DNA of 64,000 bases. Origin: Felis catus. Lineage: Eukaryota. Every line of letters begins with the position of its first letter. Position 1 is the stretch's first letter. A model generated the notes under the pieces. The model was not told the origin of the DNA. It searched no databases and worked only from the letters and a program-made list of their open reading frames with translations. Positions 51,794 to 64,000 of the stretch are shown here, one piece after another. The stretch covers positions 147,252,001 through 147,316,000 of the forward strand of contig NC_058368.1 of assembly GCF_018350175.1 (NCBI RefSeq). The letters are read 5' to 3'. The position numbers and the translations under genes were made by a program.

Positions 51794-54638
51794 CTTTGCA
51801 TTTTCAAACAAAGACTACAAGCTCCTGATTTGTAATTTTGTGAATACATTAGAAATCTGTCATGAGATAACTGGATAATGACAAGTTAATGAGAGTTTAC
51901 ATTAAAGGAACATTTATACACTTTTATCTTCTAAGATACATATTTATTAGAAGAGACCACTCAGTTGTCTGAACTTGCTTTCCCTTCCTTTCTGCAAATA
52001 AGACTGACTTTATTTAGTTTGATTGGAAATCATAATTATCATAAATAATATTATTTGAAAATATAAATTGTAAATAACATATGAATATCCCACCATCACC
52101 ACTTTGTGGGAATTTTCTATTAGCAAAGAGAAATTAAAATGCATTACAATTTTGCTCCATGAAGTAGAAGTTATAAATAAGATAGGGGTTACATACAAAC
52201 ACACTAAACTCACAGGTACCACATGCTTCAAAATTCAGAAGCAGTGATTCACACGCAAGAACCGGCATTGTGAAGGGTGACCCTGTGTGGTTTGACACAC
52301 GTGTTCTACAGCCCAGACAAGGATAAACATGGATATTATAAAAGGAGAGGCCACAGTATGAAAATACAGTTTTATGCTAAAGCAGTGGCTCACAACCGCG
52401 AATCTATATTAGAAAGTCAAACTCTGGGCCCCGCCTCAAACCAATCAAGTCAGAATCTCTTTCAATGGTACCACCTCGTAGCCAGGTTTGAGACATCGCT
52501 AAATAACATCGATATAAGGTAACACGAACCATAACTCAAAGTGTGAATCATTCTGATTCCTGTTTTAAAAGGGAGGAATTTTTAAGAGCAGACTCCAAGG
52601 GTAAGAACCTACTATTACACGTATGTGGAGGATGGAGCACAGTGGTTGCAAGAGTGAAAACAAGAGTTTATCTGCAACTGTTGCACAAGTTGGCCTAGAA
52701 TCCACCCCTTCACCGTCACACCAACAGACACACTCTGTTAGGAGGTATTTCTGCTCTGTGCACAAGTTCAGTTCACTCTGAATATTACCGTTGAATTATA
52801 TGACACCAGCCAGTGCTATTTCAATTGATTCATGAAGTTTTAACATAAAAATTTACTCAACTGAATTGCTTATAAAGGAGCTTTGTTCCCAAGTGATTCG
52901 TTAATCAAGGTATCACTGTGTAACCAGGGAGCAGTTTCCACTCTTTTCCGTTAAGTTTCCATCTGCACAGAGTACACCTTAGACAAGGTTACTTTGTGTC
53001 CTGACAGTATTTTCCTCTCACTGTTTGGCTTGTCTCCTTGGCACATAAAGGAACAGAGAGAGCAAACAGAGTTGGCATGCATGGGGTGGAGAACGTAAAT
53101 ATTTAAAAAGCCGTTTGCTGCTTTATTATGTCCAAAATCTAACATAACATGTTCAAAGAGGAAAACTGTCAGTGGCTTCCAGGAATTCCCTTTTAGGAAA
53201 ATACCATAAAGTCTTGTAGAAGTGCTGACTTAGATGGTCATTGTTGGTATAGTCTGGAGATTCAAAGTGGAGAAATAAAAGCACTCAAAGCTGGTCACTT
53301 TATGTGTGTGAACTCTATAAAGCTATGATGACATGAAAATGACTCATATTTGATAGATGAAGATCCAGACGTTCAGAGTGACTGAGCAATTAGTCTAAGG
53401 TCAATTTGAATTTGAGCTCATGTCAGTGTGGCTTTCAAACCAAACTCTGTCCGCTATGCCTGTCTCCCAAGGTGTTGATTGAGTATCCACTAAGAGAGAG
53501 AGGGAAAAGGGGGAAAAGGGTCATGGAATGAAGACTGGCTAGATATCTGATAATCTTACTCAGAAAGAAGTATAAGGCAGAAAAAAGCTGGATGAAGGGA
53601 CTGGGAAACTTCTTTGTGTCTCTTACAACCCAGGGATAGATGCAGGAGGTGAGATCCCAAGCATGCAGTTAAAATATCCTAAGCATGTGATGCCTAAGGA
53701 AGAGAGATTAGAAATGCTAAGATTTTATCCCTCCATTATAGATGGATAAGCAAGACATTTTAGGAAAGAACTAGCCAGCACTGAAGCAAAGACAATTCCA
53801 AATTTATAGAAGACATGGCAATTAGAATGTCTTAAAACCAAAGCCTCTGGGCTAAGCAGTGCACTAAGCTCCACGTAAGCTTGTAATACCTAAAAACATC
53901 TTTGTAACAGATTAACCATGTTAGAGTCAGCAGATACACAAGTCTGCCTTGAATTCTATTTCTATGCAATATCTCCATAACAGTGGTTCCTCATAATATA
54001 AAGATGTCACTAACCAACACTCCTACTATATTAAAACACACACATACACACACACACAGGTGCATACAAAAGGGTTAGTATTAGTATCAATTCACTGTCA
54101 TAGTTCTCTCTGGCAAAGATGTTTTGTGTGTAGGCATCCAGACAAAACATGGTGAACTAGTAATGGGAGGCAGCTAGAGCTCCAAAAGTACAAATAATTC
54201 TCAAAGTGGACATTAGTGGCTTAATTAGTGAGATTCAGATGAAATGATCACCACAGAAGATAATGTCATGCTACCCAAGTTATTTTTCACTCGTCCTATT
54301 TGCTTCTTAGAATTCATGAAATCAGCAAATCAAAAAAATACATATGTCTTTGTCACATGCAATTCCTTTAACCCTGGAAATTAAAAACACATGCACCAAG
54401 CAAAACAAAAGTAAACAAGTAACTCTGTATTGCTCTGCCTGGCACAATGCAGAAGGATGTACGAAAATTATGGTGACAGTGGAAAAAAGAGACACTAAAA
54501 ATATGTATCTGATGTAGAGAACTTAGCTGTGTGATCTTCTCATTGCCCATAAAAGGATCACCTTGGGTGTTCCTTAAAATGTTCCAGATCTACTGAATTT
54601 GAATTTGGGTGTTAGTTCAGGTTTCTGCATTTTTAAAA

Positions 54639-54671
54639 TGTATTTCTTTAATGTTTATTTACTTTTGAGAC

Positions 54672-54721
<50 letters not shown>

Positions 54722-54885
54722 TGAGTGGGGGAGGGGCAGAGAGAGGGAGACACAGAATGTGAAGCAGGCTCCAGGCTCTGAGCTGTCAGTATAGAGCATG
54801 ACGCGAGGCACAAACTCACTACTAACCACAAGATCATGACCTGAGCCAGTCAGACCCTTAACCGACTGAGCCAACCAGGCGCCCC
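54639..54885 (-). mobile_element. Feliform Can-SINE with expanded (GA)n, inserted in a MER5-like remnant
   Basis: TSD tca(g/a)gtttctgcatttttaaaa on both sides. Confidence 0.94.
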
Positions 54886-55129
54886 TCAAGTTTCTGCATT
54901 TTTAAAAAGTGCAGCAGGTGCGACGGCTCTACCCATCAAAGTTTGCTGCAGTAGGAAAGAGCCATGGGTTCAGTTGTCAGAGCTGAAGCAGTAAATTAGC
55001 AGGCTTATAGGAAACCCTTTGCAATGTGTACTAGGGTTGTTTCATCAGCTTTCAATGCTCTTTCTCTTGTATCATCTTCAGATTTATTTGGGTATCTACA
55101 TCAATTCTTTGGGGGAAGAGGACTTCTGC

Positions 55130-55610
55130 TGTGGATTTAGAGGGGAAGTTTGTATGTCATAACTAAGTAAACCTTTTCCATTTTCCTGGCCACCATTATT
55201 CGTCTAGGTAAGTATATGACCCATTTGGGGATAATGATGTGTAAGGTCAAGTTTGTATGTGTTCGGGTGAGGTGAGGCTCTTGGAAGGGAGGCTTCCTCA
55301 ATCTTCTGGGAAAGCATCTGGAAATAACCCTCTCTCCCTCTTTCCTTTAAATACAGACAGGAAATCTATGGCCCAAAAGTAAGCAGGCAGACATTTTGCA
55401 ACCATAATGGGAGTCAGCCTTATAAAGAAGCCAATCCTGCTCAAAGGCAGAATGGAAAAATAGAATGAAATTTACTGATGATATGGTTCAGGCACTAAAT
55501 CATATCCTTACCCAAATCTGGACTTGCAGTTCTGAGGAAAAATACTTCTAATTTATTGTTTATCTAGTTTTAGTTGAGTTCTCTCTATTTGCAACTAAGT
55601 GGCATTCTGC
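55130..55610 (+). mobile_element. Old MLT1 (J/K/L-like) LTR remnant
   Basis: atatgaccca...ggcagacattttgcaaccat...ctggactt...ttattgttta...gttgagtt...ttgcaactaa. Confidence 0.5.
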
Positions 55611-56117
55611 ACAACTGTAACCTGTTCTGTTGTTCCCATTTAAAATACATTAGGAGAGATAAGGAATTAACTACCTCTGAGGCAGTGAGAAGGAAAGTAC
55701 ATACAGTCTTGGGCGGTGCTTTCAGAGGGCAGCTGGGCTCTCAGCACCAAATGGTTCCACAGAGCTCACCACCCCATGTTTTGATATGATAAACCTACTC
55801 TAATTTTGAAGTTGGTCTCTGTTTTTTTCAGGATGGTTTGGCAGTGTACATGCTCATGAACTGGGTTAGTACTTAGGAGAAGAAGGCAACCTGTGTACTT
55901 CCTTCTTTCCTCCCTTCTTCCCTCCTTTTCTCCTTTGTTCCACAGGACCCAACGTCAAGGACAATAACTACCCAAACCCGACAGGCTGTGTATTACCCTG
56001 ATACACATATGATATCAAAACACACATACTTCTTCACTGGATAGGCTTTAGTCTCTCTACATGGTATCAACATTCTTATAATCTCCTGTTTTTTGTTGGC
56101 CTTATCCTTGAGTGTCA

Positions 56118-56327
56118 TTAATTAATTAATTAATTAATTAATTAATTTAGAGAGACAGAGTGGGAGCAGAGGAGGAGCAGAGAGAGAGGGAGATGAAGAA
56201 TCTGAAGCAGGCTCCAGGCTCTGAGCTGTCAGCACAGAGCCCGAGGCAGGGCTTGAACTCACAGACCAAGAGATCATGGCTTAAGCCAAAGTAGGACGCT
56301 TAACTGACTGAGCCACCCAGGCGTTCC
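56118..56327 (-). mobile_element. Can-SINE with (TTAA)n tail
   Basis: Degenerate TSD cttatc(c/t)ttg(a/g)gtgt. Head ...gagccacccaggcg. Confidence 0.93.
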
Positions 56328-56389
56328 TTATCTTTGGGTGTTTTAAGTAAACTTTTATAGCATGGAATTTCCATCCATTCAAAAATAAT

Positions 56390-56619
56390 TATTTTTTAAA
56401 TTTAATTAATTAATTAACTTAATTAATTTCTTTTTTTTATTTTGAGAGAGGGTGAGCAAGCATGAGAGATGCGCAGCAAGGGAGGGAAGAATTCCAAGCA
56501 GTCTCTACATCAGCAGCACAGAGTTTAATGTGGGGCTTGATCTCACAAACGACGAGATCATGACCTGAGCTGAAACCAAGAATTAGACACTTAACCAACT
56601 GAGCCACCCAGGTGCCCCC
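56390..56619 (-). mobile_element. Older Can-SINE
   Basis: ggggcttgatctcacaaac...gagatcatgacctgagctgaaaccaaga...ccacccaggtgcccc. Confidence 0.9.
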
Positions 56620-57139
56620 AGAAACAATTCTATACTCAGTGTGGCTCAACCCTCAAATACAAATAGCCCATTATGAAAGAAATAAAATACAATTCTTAGC
56701 ATATTATAATCTATTTTGTAAATGGATATTACTTAATTCATATTGATTTATGGATCATTTTGTTTGCTATATTATAAATCTCATTAATTATGTACCAAAT
56801 ATGTTCTTCAAGTTTGCAATTATCACTGTAATTCATTATTTCCATAATCAAAGAAATAAGAAATATATATTCTTACACTCTGACAATGTTTTAGATTCTA
56901 TTCAACTGCACTGATGTAAAAATAACAACTATATTTATGTATGATTATTCATGCTTGCTCAGATGTTTAATGTTATAAATGTGAATATGTGTGTGTATGC
57001 GTGATTATTAATGCAAAGAAGAGTAAATTATCGTTTCAAATCTATGAACTCAATCATTTAAATAGGTTGTAGAGTTGTTTCTGGAAGTATTCAGAGATGT
57101 TTTCAGAGATAGGTTTTGGTTTATATGTTTTTTCTTTTA

Positions 57140-57166
57140 TTCTTTATTTATTATTTGTTTGTTTGT

Positions 57167-57201
<35 letters not shown>

Positions 57202-57205
57202 TTTG
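57140..57205. repeat. (TTTG)n(TTTA)n simple repeat
   Basis: Directly visible. Confidence 0.9.
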
Positions 57206-60025
57206 CCTATGGCCCAATGAGAACATGCCTCAGGACTTACAGGTTGCCATTATCAACTTTTGTGTGAAAATACAAAGAGGAATGTTATTCTCTCCTGGCC
57301 AAAACCTTCAGACAGCAAATGATTTGGTTGTTTCTACACTCTCAGAACTGCAGAATATTTCAGTCACAATGAGAAACAACAGACAATGTGTTTGTGTTTG
57401 CATTGAAAGTGTCCAGAGAATTACAAAGTCTTCTCTATTCTATCAGTCTTTCACGTGCAATTTGATTTCGATGCTAAATTTGGAGAACAGCATCTATTGA
57501 GTATAGTTAATAATATAGAGTACATAGAAGTATGTATACATGCAGTTAGTATGTAAGTATATATTTATATGTTTATTAGTCTCTTCCATTAGACTAGGAG
57601 TTTCATGAGGTCAGGGATGTGACTGTTTTGCTTACCATTAAACTGTAGTTTTCAAATAGTGTCTACAATGTTGTAAGTTCAAGAAATATTTGTCAAAAGA
57701 AAGAAAACATGGATAAATATTTAATATACTCCTCTATGTTGCTCAATAAAATTCAGATGTTTCATTAAGCTGCATTACTAGACTTACCAAAGAGAAAGCC
57801 TTACATCTTCATTTGTGTTTTAGTTATATAGATCTAAATATACTAACTTATATAGCTATATATAGTTATATAAATCAGATTTACTTTCTTGGGGCAGGAG
57901 AGAAAAAGAATAATAATTAAAAAGACAATGGTTACTGTAATGACCATCTGATCATCTCATGAAAAAACAAATGTGTGATTTTAAACTAACTCAAAAAAGC
58001 ATCAAACTACAGCTTATTAATTAAATAGATTCATTAAAATAGCATCACGAAATGCACTTTCTATGTTTAGTAGTAATATAGCTCACATGGGTTTCACAAG
58101 CTACTTATACAGTGTATCATGTTAATAGCAATTAGCAGTGCATTTGCAATTTTCTCATTTTAGAAAGAGGTACAAATGGGAAAAATAATAAAAAAATGAA
58201 TGGAAGCTTTAGTTTCATTTTTTACCACTGAGTTAAAAAAAATACACAATTTATAAAACTAAACCAGAGTATTGGGAAACTGGGAAGTAATATGACTCAT
58301 CTCCCAATGTGTACTAAAGAGACGTTGGGGACATAATTAGGATACATGGTCCTACTTAAAGGAAGTACTAAAGATCTTTAGGTGATTCGACATTACAAAG
58401 GAATATAATTCACTATCTCCTGTATCTATTCAATTGTCCTCAAATATCCTTTGTTTATTCCATTTGTCCTCCCTCCCTAACCAAATTCATCTCATCCCCG
58501 TAGACTCAATTCACATCTCACCATCCTTAATTCTTTAGTATTTATTTTAGTCTCCATATTTGTGTAGTTGTCCCCTTTCACGCCTCACTGACTTTTAAAC
58601 TATAACCTAAAGCTGGCTTGAAACAAAATGGCAATATTTTACAGTCTTGTTCGCAAGCTGGACATTATCTACTATACTTCTTTTAGGCCAACAGTTATGT
58701 TTTAATTTTGTATAGTGCACATAATTGGTACTGAGTAAATATTTTTGGAAAGCTATCTAAGTTTAGAGATGAGAAACTTAAGTCCAGTAAGTGAATATAA
58801 CAGCTGTTTTTACAGTATTCTGAGTCACGTAAAGTAAGGGTTGGTAATTAAATCTAAGGTATCCTAAGAAAATTCATGGATAAATGGAAAGAAGAAACTT
58901 GAAAGGGATCAAGTAGATTAGCAGTTAATATGTATATGATTGCTCAGATTTATCAACTTCCAATAAAATTAATTCATAACCTTTTTGAAAGTTTAATATA
59001 GGAGAGAGAAAATAATTCTGCAATGAGAATGCTCTGTAATGTGACTAGGAAAGCCATGCAGTGACGGTTACCTGCACATCATATGTGACATTCAGATGGT
59101 CACAGCACCCATACTATTTTGCTTCACAGCAACTGACAGAAAGAAGCTGAAACCATCAGGCTCATGTTCTATGGATTTCTGCTTTGTTTATGTGTGGGAA
59201 ACTGCTCACTTCAACCTCAAGTCATTTCCATAAGTCTGGACAAATGCACTAATCCAAAAAGCAAATCTGTTAAAACCAAAAGAACAAAAAACTAAAAGGT
59301 CCCGGATAGACCAGCAATATTGACACAAATCTTAGTGACAGCATCCACTTAAGGAAACCACAGAATCATTGCACATAAAATGTTAATGTCAGAAGAGATT
59401 TTCTGATTAGGGGGTTGGCAAAAAAACAAAACAAAACAGAACAAAACAAACAAAAAAAAACCTTGTCCAAATGGGTTAAGGTTTGAATTAGGAATTAGAA
59501 GTATATTTATTAAATCATCTAAATTACCAATTAAAAACTCACCATAAGCTGAATTTTTAAGCAAAATTCATATACATATGAATACATATATTTATTTATA
59601 ATATAAATAAAAAGAGAATTATACAACACGTGCTGTTCTACAACTTGCTTTTTACACTAGTATTTGCACGTAGTTTTCTATGTCAATATACTCAGTGACT
59701 ATAGACAGTATTTAATAATGTTTTACTTTAAGGATATATCATAATTTATTTAACTCTACTGAATGATATTTCAATGGATTAAGGGGTATCTCTCTTACAA
59801 ATAATATTGCAATGAATAATCAGACTCCATTTGAATAGTGATAGAAACATGAAACAAAATAAATGACCACATTTCATTAAGTAAATAGGAGCTCATAATA
59901 CTATGCACAATATAAAATACTCACTTTTTATAAATAAGGCTTTTAAATAATCCTTTTTTATGCCATCAGCCTATCTACAGTGACATGCTTCTTAAATATA
60001 TTGGATAGTATGATATTTGTGCCTT

Positions 60026-60232
60026 TTTTTTAAATTGTTAATGTTTATTTTTTGGGAAAGAGAGACAGAGTGTGGGTGGGGGAGGGGCAGGAAGAGGGAG
60101 GCACAGAATGTGAAGCAGGCTCCAGGCTCTAAGCTATCAGCACAGAGCCTGATGTGGGGCTAGAACTCAGACCGTGAGGTCATGACCTGAGGTGAAGTTG
60201 GAGGCTTAACTGACAGAGCCACAGAAGGCCCC
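60026..60232 (-). mobile_element. Feliform Can-SINE
   Basis: TSD gatatttgtgcctt at 60012-60025 and 60234-60247. Confidence 0.94.
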
Positions 60233-61439
60233 AGATATTTGTGCCTTCTTCCTGTGAGAGTTACTCTCACAATAGAGTTACCATTAATGATGACCACGTA
60301 GATCTTTCAGTGTCCCTTGTCAAAGTAGTACAAGGCAGAGAGACAAAGAAATGGCTGAGCTCTGTGCTTGGACAGATTCAGCCTTAGGGTTGAGCGTTGA
60401 GTATTATAGTCTTATATTAAGTAATATAAAACCTCAATGTTTTAAGAAAAATAAATGGTGGCCATTTGAAGACAGAAAACTACTTTATTATATTACAAAA
60501 TCTTGGCATACGATTTGTCTTTGTGTGTGCACAAGAAAATATTTAATGTGTTACATCTATTTCAAAAATGACATTTTACTACTTTAGAAATTTGTGAAAC
60601 CTTTTAACAAAATATCATTCCTTTTTCACTGCCTATATTACAAAGAGGAATTCAGAAATTTTATGATGGCTTTGAAATGAGTTCTCAAAATATAGTTCCA
60701 CATACTTGGCTTAATTAAAATATCTTTTGAAAAGATATCAAAAGATGAAGGCGGGGGAACAGTGGGCAGGTCTAATTTGAAGAGAGCGCAGATATCTCTG
60801 GCAGATTTATGTTTCTCTTTGGCCTAGGGGAATTATTGTTTTCATGTAGTGTGAACTCATCCCAAAGACACTAACTTTAAGAGATAAAGCACGGCTTCGG
60901 CTTGGCTATATAGAACTCAACTAACCTATGTGCCACTGACATTCTGTAGTCAGTTAATGACTGCTTAAGAGGATTGTGTTTCCTCTTGCCTGTTACAAAA
61001 GAAGGTAAAATTAAATGCTTTCTTTTCAGAATCATTAGGACCTTCTTTAAAGAAAAAGGGTCAGCATATCGCATTCAGGCATTAATCAAATGACATTGAC
61101 AATGTGATTTCCCTATCTGCAAAACTGGTCTCCCTAGGCCAAATTTTTCCTTAATTGAAATGTCTTTAAATAACTCAACTGAGAAAAAAAGTCGACAGGT
61201 CTAACTTTAAGAAAAGGAAATTGAATAAAGGTACAGGGCTATTTAGGGAGGGCCCAAGCCCCACTCTTCCTATCTTTGAGGTTATTTTCAAGTTGTGAAT
61301 GCATACTATTAATTTTTACTCTACCAAATGGAAAAAAAAAAACAGCCAAGGAGATAGGCTATTCAGCAGACAAAATATACGCAACTTTGAAAAAACAAAA
61401 TTTTACATCCAAACCAAACTAAAAAGTCACTTAGTCAAA

Positions 61440-61830
61440 GCTTCCAACTAAAAATCTAACTATTCCTTCAAAACTTCCAGTGGCAGGGAATTTATGACCT
61501 CACAAAGAAATATGTCACATCGCTCTCCCAGAGCTAGCCTCTGGGAAACAATGGAATAATGTGGCACTTTCTCTGACATAACAGCCATTCAAATATCTGA
61601 AGACAGCTATCATATCCCCCATAATTCTCTTCTTAACTGAGATAAACATCTCTACTTAATTTCATATATCATGGCCTACACCATGGTCATCATTTTTTTT
61701 TAACCTTCTTCTGATAAATTCAGATTTGTCAAGGTATTTTGAAATACAGCAACAAGAATTAGATCTCCAGATGACATCTGACTAGGACAAAATACAATGG
61801 CCTTATTACCTGCCTTCTTTAGGCTGCTAT
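61440..61830 (-). mobile_element. Ancient L3/CR1 LINE fragment
   Basis: acagccattcaaatatctgaagacagctatcatatcccc...ataaacatc...ctccagatgacatctgactag matches the recalled antisense L3/CR1 3' region. Confidence 0.7.
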
Positions 61831-62676
61831 GTCACAACTAATAACACAACATTGTATTAGCTACTAAAAGAGTAAAGAATTAATTTCCTGTCCCTTCTTC
61901 TTTCAGCCCCACCTTATACCAATTACCAGAATACTAGGGACTACTAATCTTATCTTCTTCCTGTGTGAGAGAAAGACTGGGCAGAAAAAAAAAAAAAAAA
62001 GGCAGGGGGCAGGAAGACATAAAATAAAGGGAGTCATATTTCAGGAAGGGGTCAAGGGAGAATATGACTGGCTTAGCACCAATGTTAAATGTATTTTAGC
62101 AATAGGAAAAAAATTACAAAATTTTGAATTAGACTTAAAGGTATTCTTCCAATCTCTTATTTCTTTCTAGCAAAGAATCTCATTTGCATGTATTTCATAT
62201 ATAGTTGATTAAGTCCACAGCCAAGAAAACCAAACACTTGTCTTTATTGAAATAGTTTCCTTAGTATCTGGCACTAGGTATCCATCCAGAGGAATATAAA
62301 TATTTTGTGGTTTCTCACTGTATTTTCCACATATCAGCTGACATTTATAGTCACAGAAGTACTCTTCTGGAAACTGTCTTTAGACCTTTATAGTGTTTCC
62401 TCCAGCAATTAATTTCTGGTGATAAATTCTAGGTTAGAAATTAGCACTAATTTCAATAAATAAGCTACACTCAGCATTTTCCAAATCAACTATATACCAG
62501 ACCCAGTCTAACTGAAAACAATCACAATAATTAATGAAATGAAAAAAAAAAAAAAGACCTTGGAGGTAGAATAAAATGTAATAGTAAAAAGTAGTACAAT
62601 TTAATCCATAAAAGAAAAGCCTGAGGTAGTAGTTAAAAATTACCTCAAATACTGTTCAGTAAAGTGTTTTGTGTTG

Positions 62677-62678
<2 letters not shown>

Positions 62679-62714
<36 letters not shown>
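62679..62714. repeat. (GT)n microsatellite, about 18 units
   Basis: Directly visible. Confidence 0.97.
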
Positions 62715-62718
<4 letters not shown>

Positions 62719-63884
62719 TTCTTGTATGTTTCAATAATATATTATCAAAAGAGACCCTAGAATCATATTCCTGGCATAATTTTGTTAATAACTTTGAAAA
62801 CTATATAATGAGAATAGTTTGAGAGGATGTCTAGAGGTCCTACATAATAATATAGGTCCGAACTGCCTTCTTGGTCTGGCTCCCAAACATCCCTAAAATC
62901 ACCAAATAATCTGGGCAACAACTAATTCTAATTCTTCCAAAATGTTCTCAAGTTTCTCATCTTTGTGTTTATCATCTTGCATTTTGCTTAAAATGTTCTC
63001 ATCTAATAACATTGCTAATGAACTACACTTCCATACCAGCCCATTTTAAAAGCTATTTTAGCTGTCAAATCTGATCCCTGGGACTCAAAGTAACCTTTCC
63101 TTCTCTTGATATCTATTGCACTTCGTCCTCATCTTATGATGATTATTTACTGCATTATGTAATAGCTACTGGTGTGTGTGTTTTATAATCCTTTCCCAAA
63201 CATAAGTATCTCGAGAGCAAGTTCTTTATTTAGGGGTCACAGACAAAGGGGAGATTAGCCTCGGGAGGTCAGGAAGAGCTTTTAAAAGATGCTCAATTAT
63301 ATTTGTTAAATGAAAGATACTGGTGGTTTTTTCTACTCTGTGATTCAATCTTTATGCAAAGCCACAAAGAGCTTACTGTTGATCTATCACATCTAAGAAC
63401 CTAATATTAATATGGTACCATAAATTTCATCTTGGTATTTATTATGTCCTTACAGATTCCTATTTTGTACTCTTATAAAGAAAAATCAATTCATAAGTTA
63501 TTTGCTGTGAGCATAAGGAAAGCTATAGTCCTAAAAGGCTGATTCCTAATTATGCAAGCATTACTTACATTACTCATAATTTTCAAATAATAAAACATCG
63601 GGTTCTCTTTTTCCCATTCCAAGTGAGGTGATTTGTCAAATTATATCTTGAAGGAAAGAAATTTTTGAAAAATTAAAAGCTGACAGGTAAATTGCCACCA
63701 GTTTGCATATTCAAGCACAAGCAGAAAAAAAATCCTGACATAAAAATAATAGATCAGGATTTATTGGACATTTAAATAATGTTATTAATGACTAAAATGA
63801 TGGAAGAATATTCAGGAACTTAGAAGTCTGATTTCTGCATATAGCTTCTGAAATGTCTACATATATATTTATTTATTTTATAAC

Positions 63885-64000
63885 TCCTCGTATACCTCTT
63901 CTTATAAGCTAGGCACTGTTCCAAGACCCTTCCATATATTAACTCATATAATTTGAACAAAACCCCTTCGAAGTTCGTCCTATTATTACCCCAATTTTAC
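63885..64000 (-). mobile_element. MIR SINE (cut by window edge)
   Basis: aggcactgttccaag...tatattaactcat...ctattattaccccaattttac. Confidence 0.7.

Noticed and set aside
51800..64000. EDIL3 EGF1 exon (DICDPNPCENGG), and the EGF3 exon in 1-10097
   Set aside because: I found no matching Cys-rich frame on the minus strand, so these exons presumably lie outside the window.

Overview
AT-rich, repeat-dense mammalian DNA from a cat-family (felid/feliform) genome, judged from about 19 Can-SINE/SINEC_Fc-type elements and felid-type L1 3' ends. The window lies inside the EDIL3 (Del-1) gene on the minus strand and holds two coding exons. One is a 30-nt in-frame microexon (51653-51682, ASDEEEPTSA, the EGF1-EGF2 linker) that the ORF track misses. 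The other is a 129-nt exon (10098-10226) for the RGD-containing second EGF domain. A 41,426-bp intron separates them. The rest is intron filled with SINEs, L1/L2/CR1 fragments, MIRs, MaLR/ERVL LTRs, MER5-type DNA transposons and microsatellites. I found no convincing undescribed biological system. The best leads are the unusual 3' splice-site architecture of the microexon, inverted SINE pairs around both exons, several odd retrotransposon junctions (a twin-primed L1, a tailless SINE, a (TTGGGG)4-capped SINE), a GC-rich stem-loop, and a speculative cluster of antisense splice signals. Gene and repeat names come from recalled sequences, not database searches, and repeat boundaries without TSDs are approximate.
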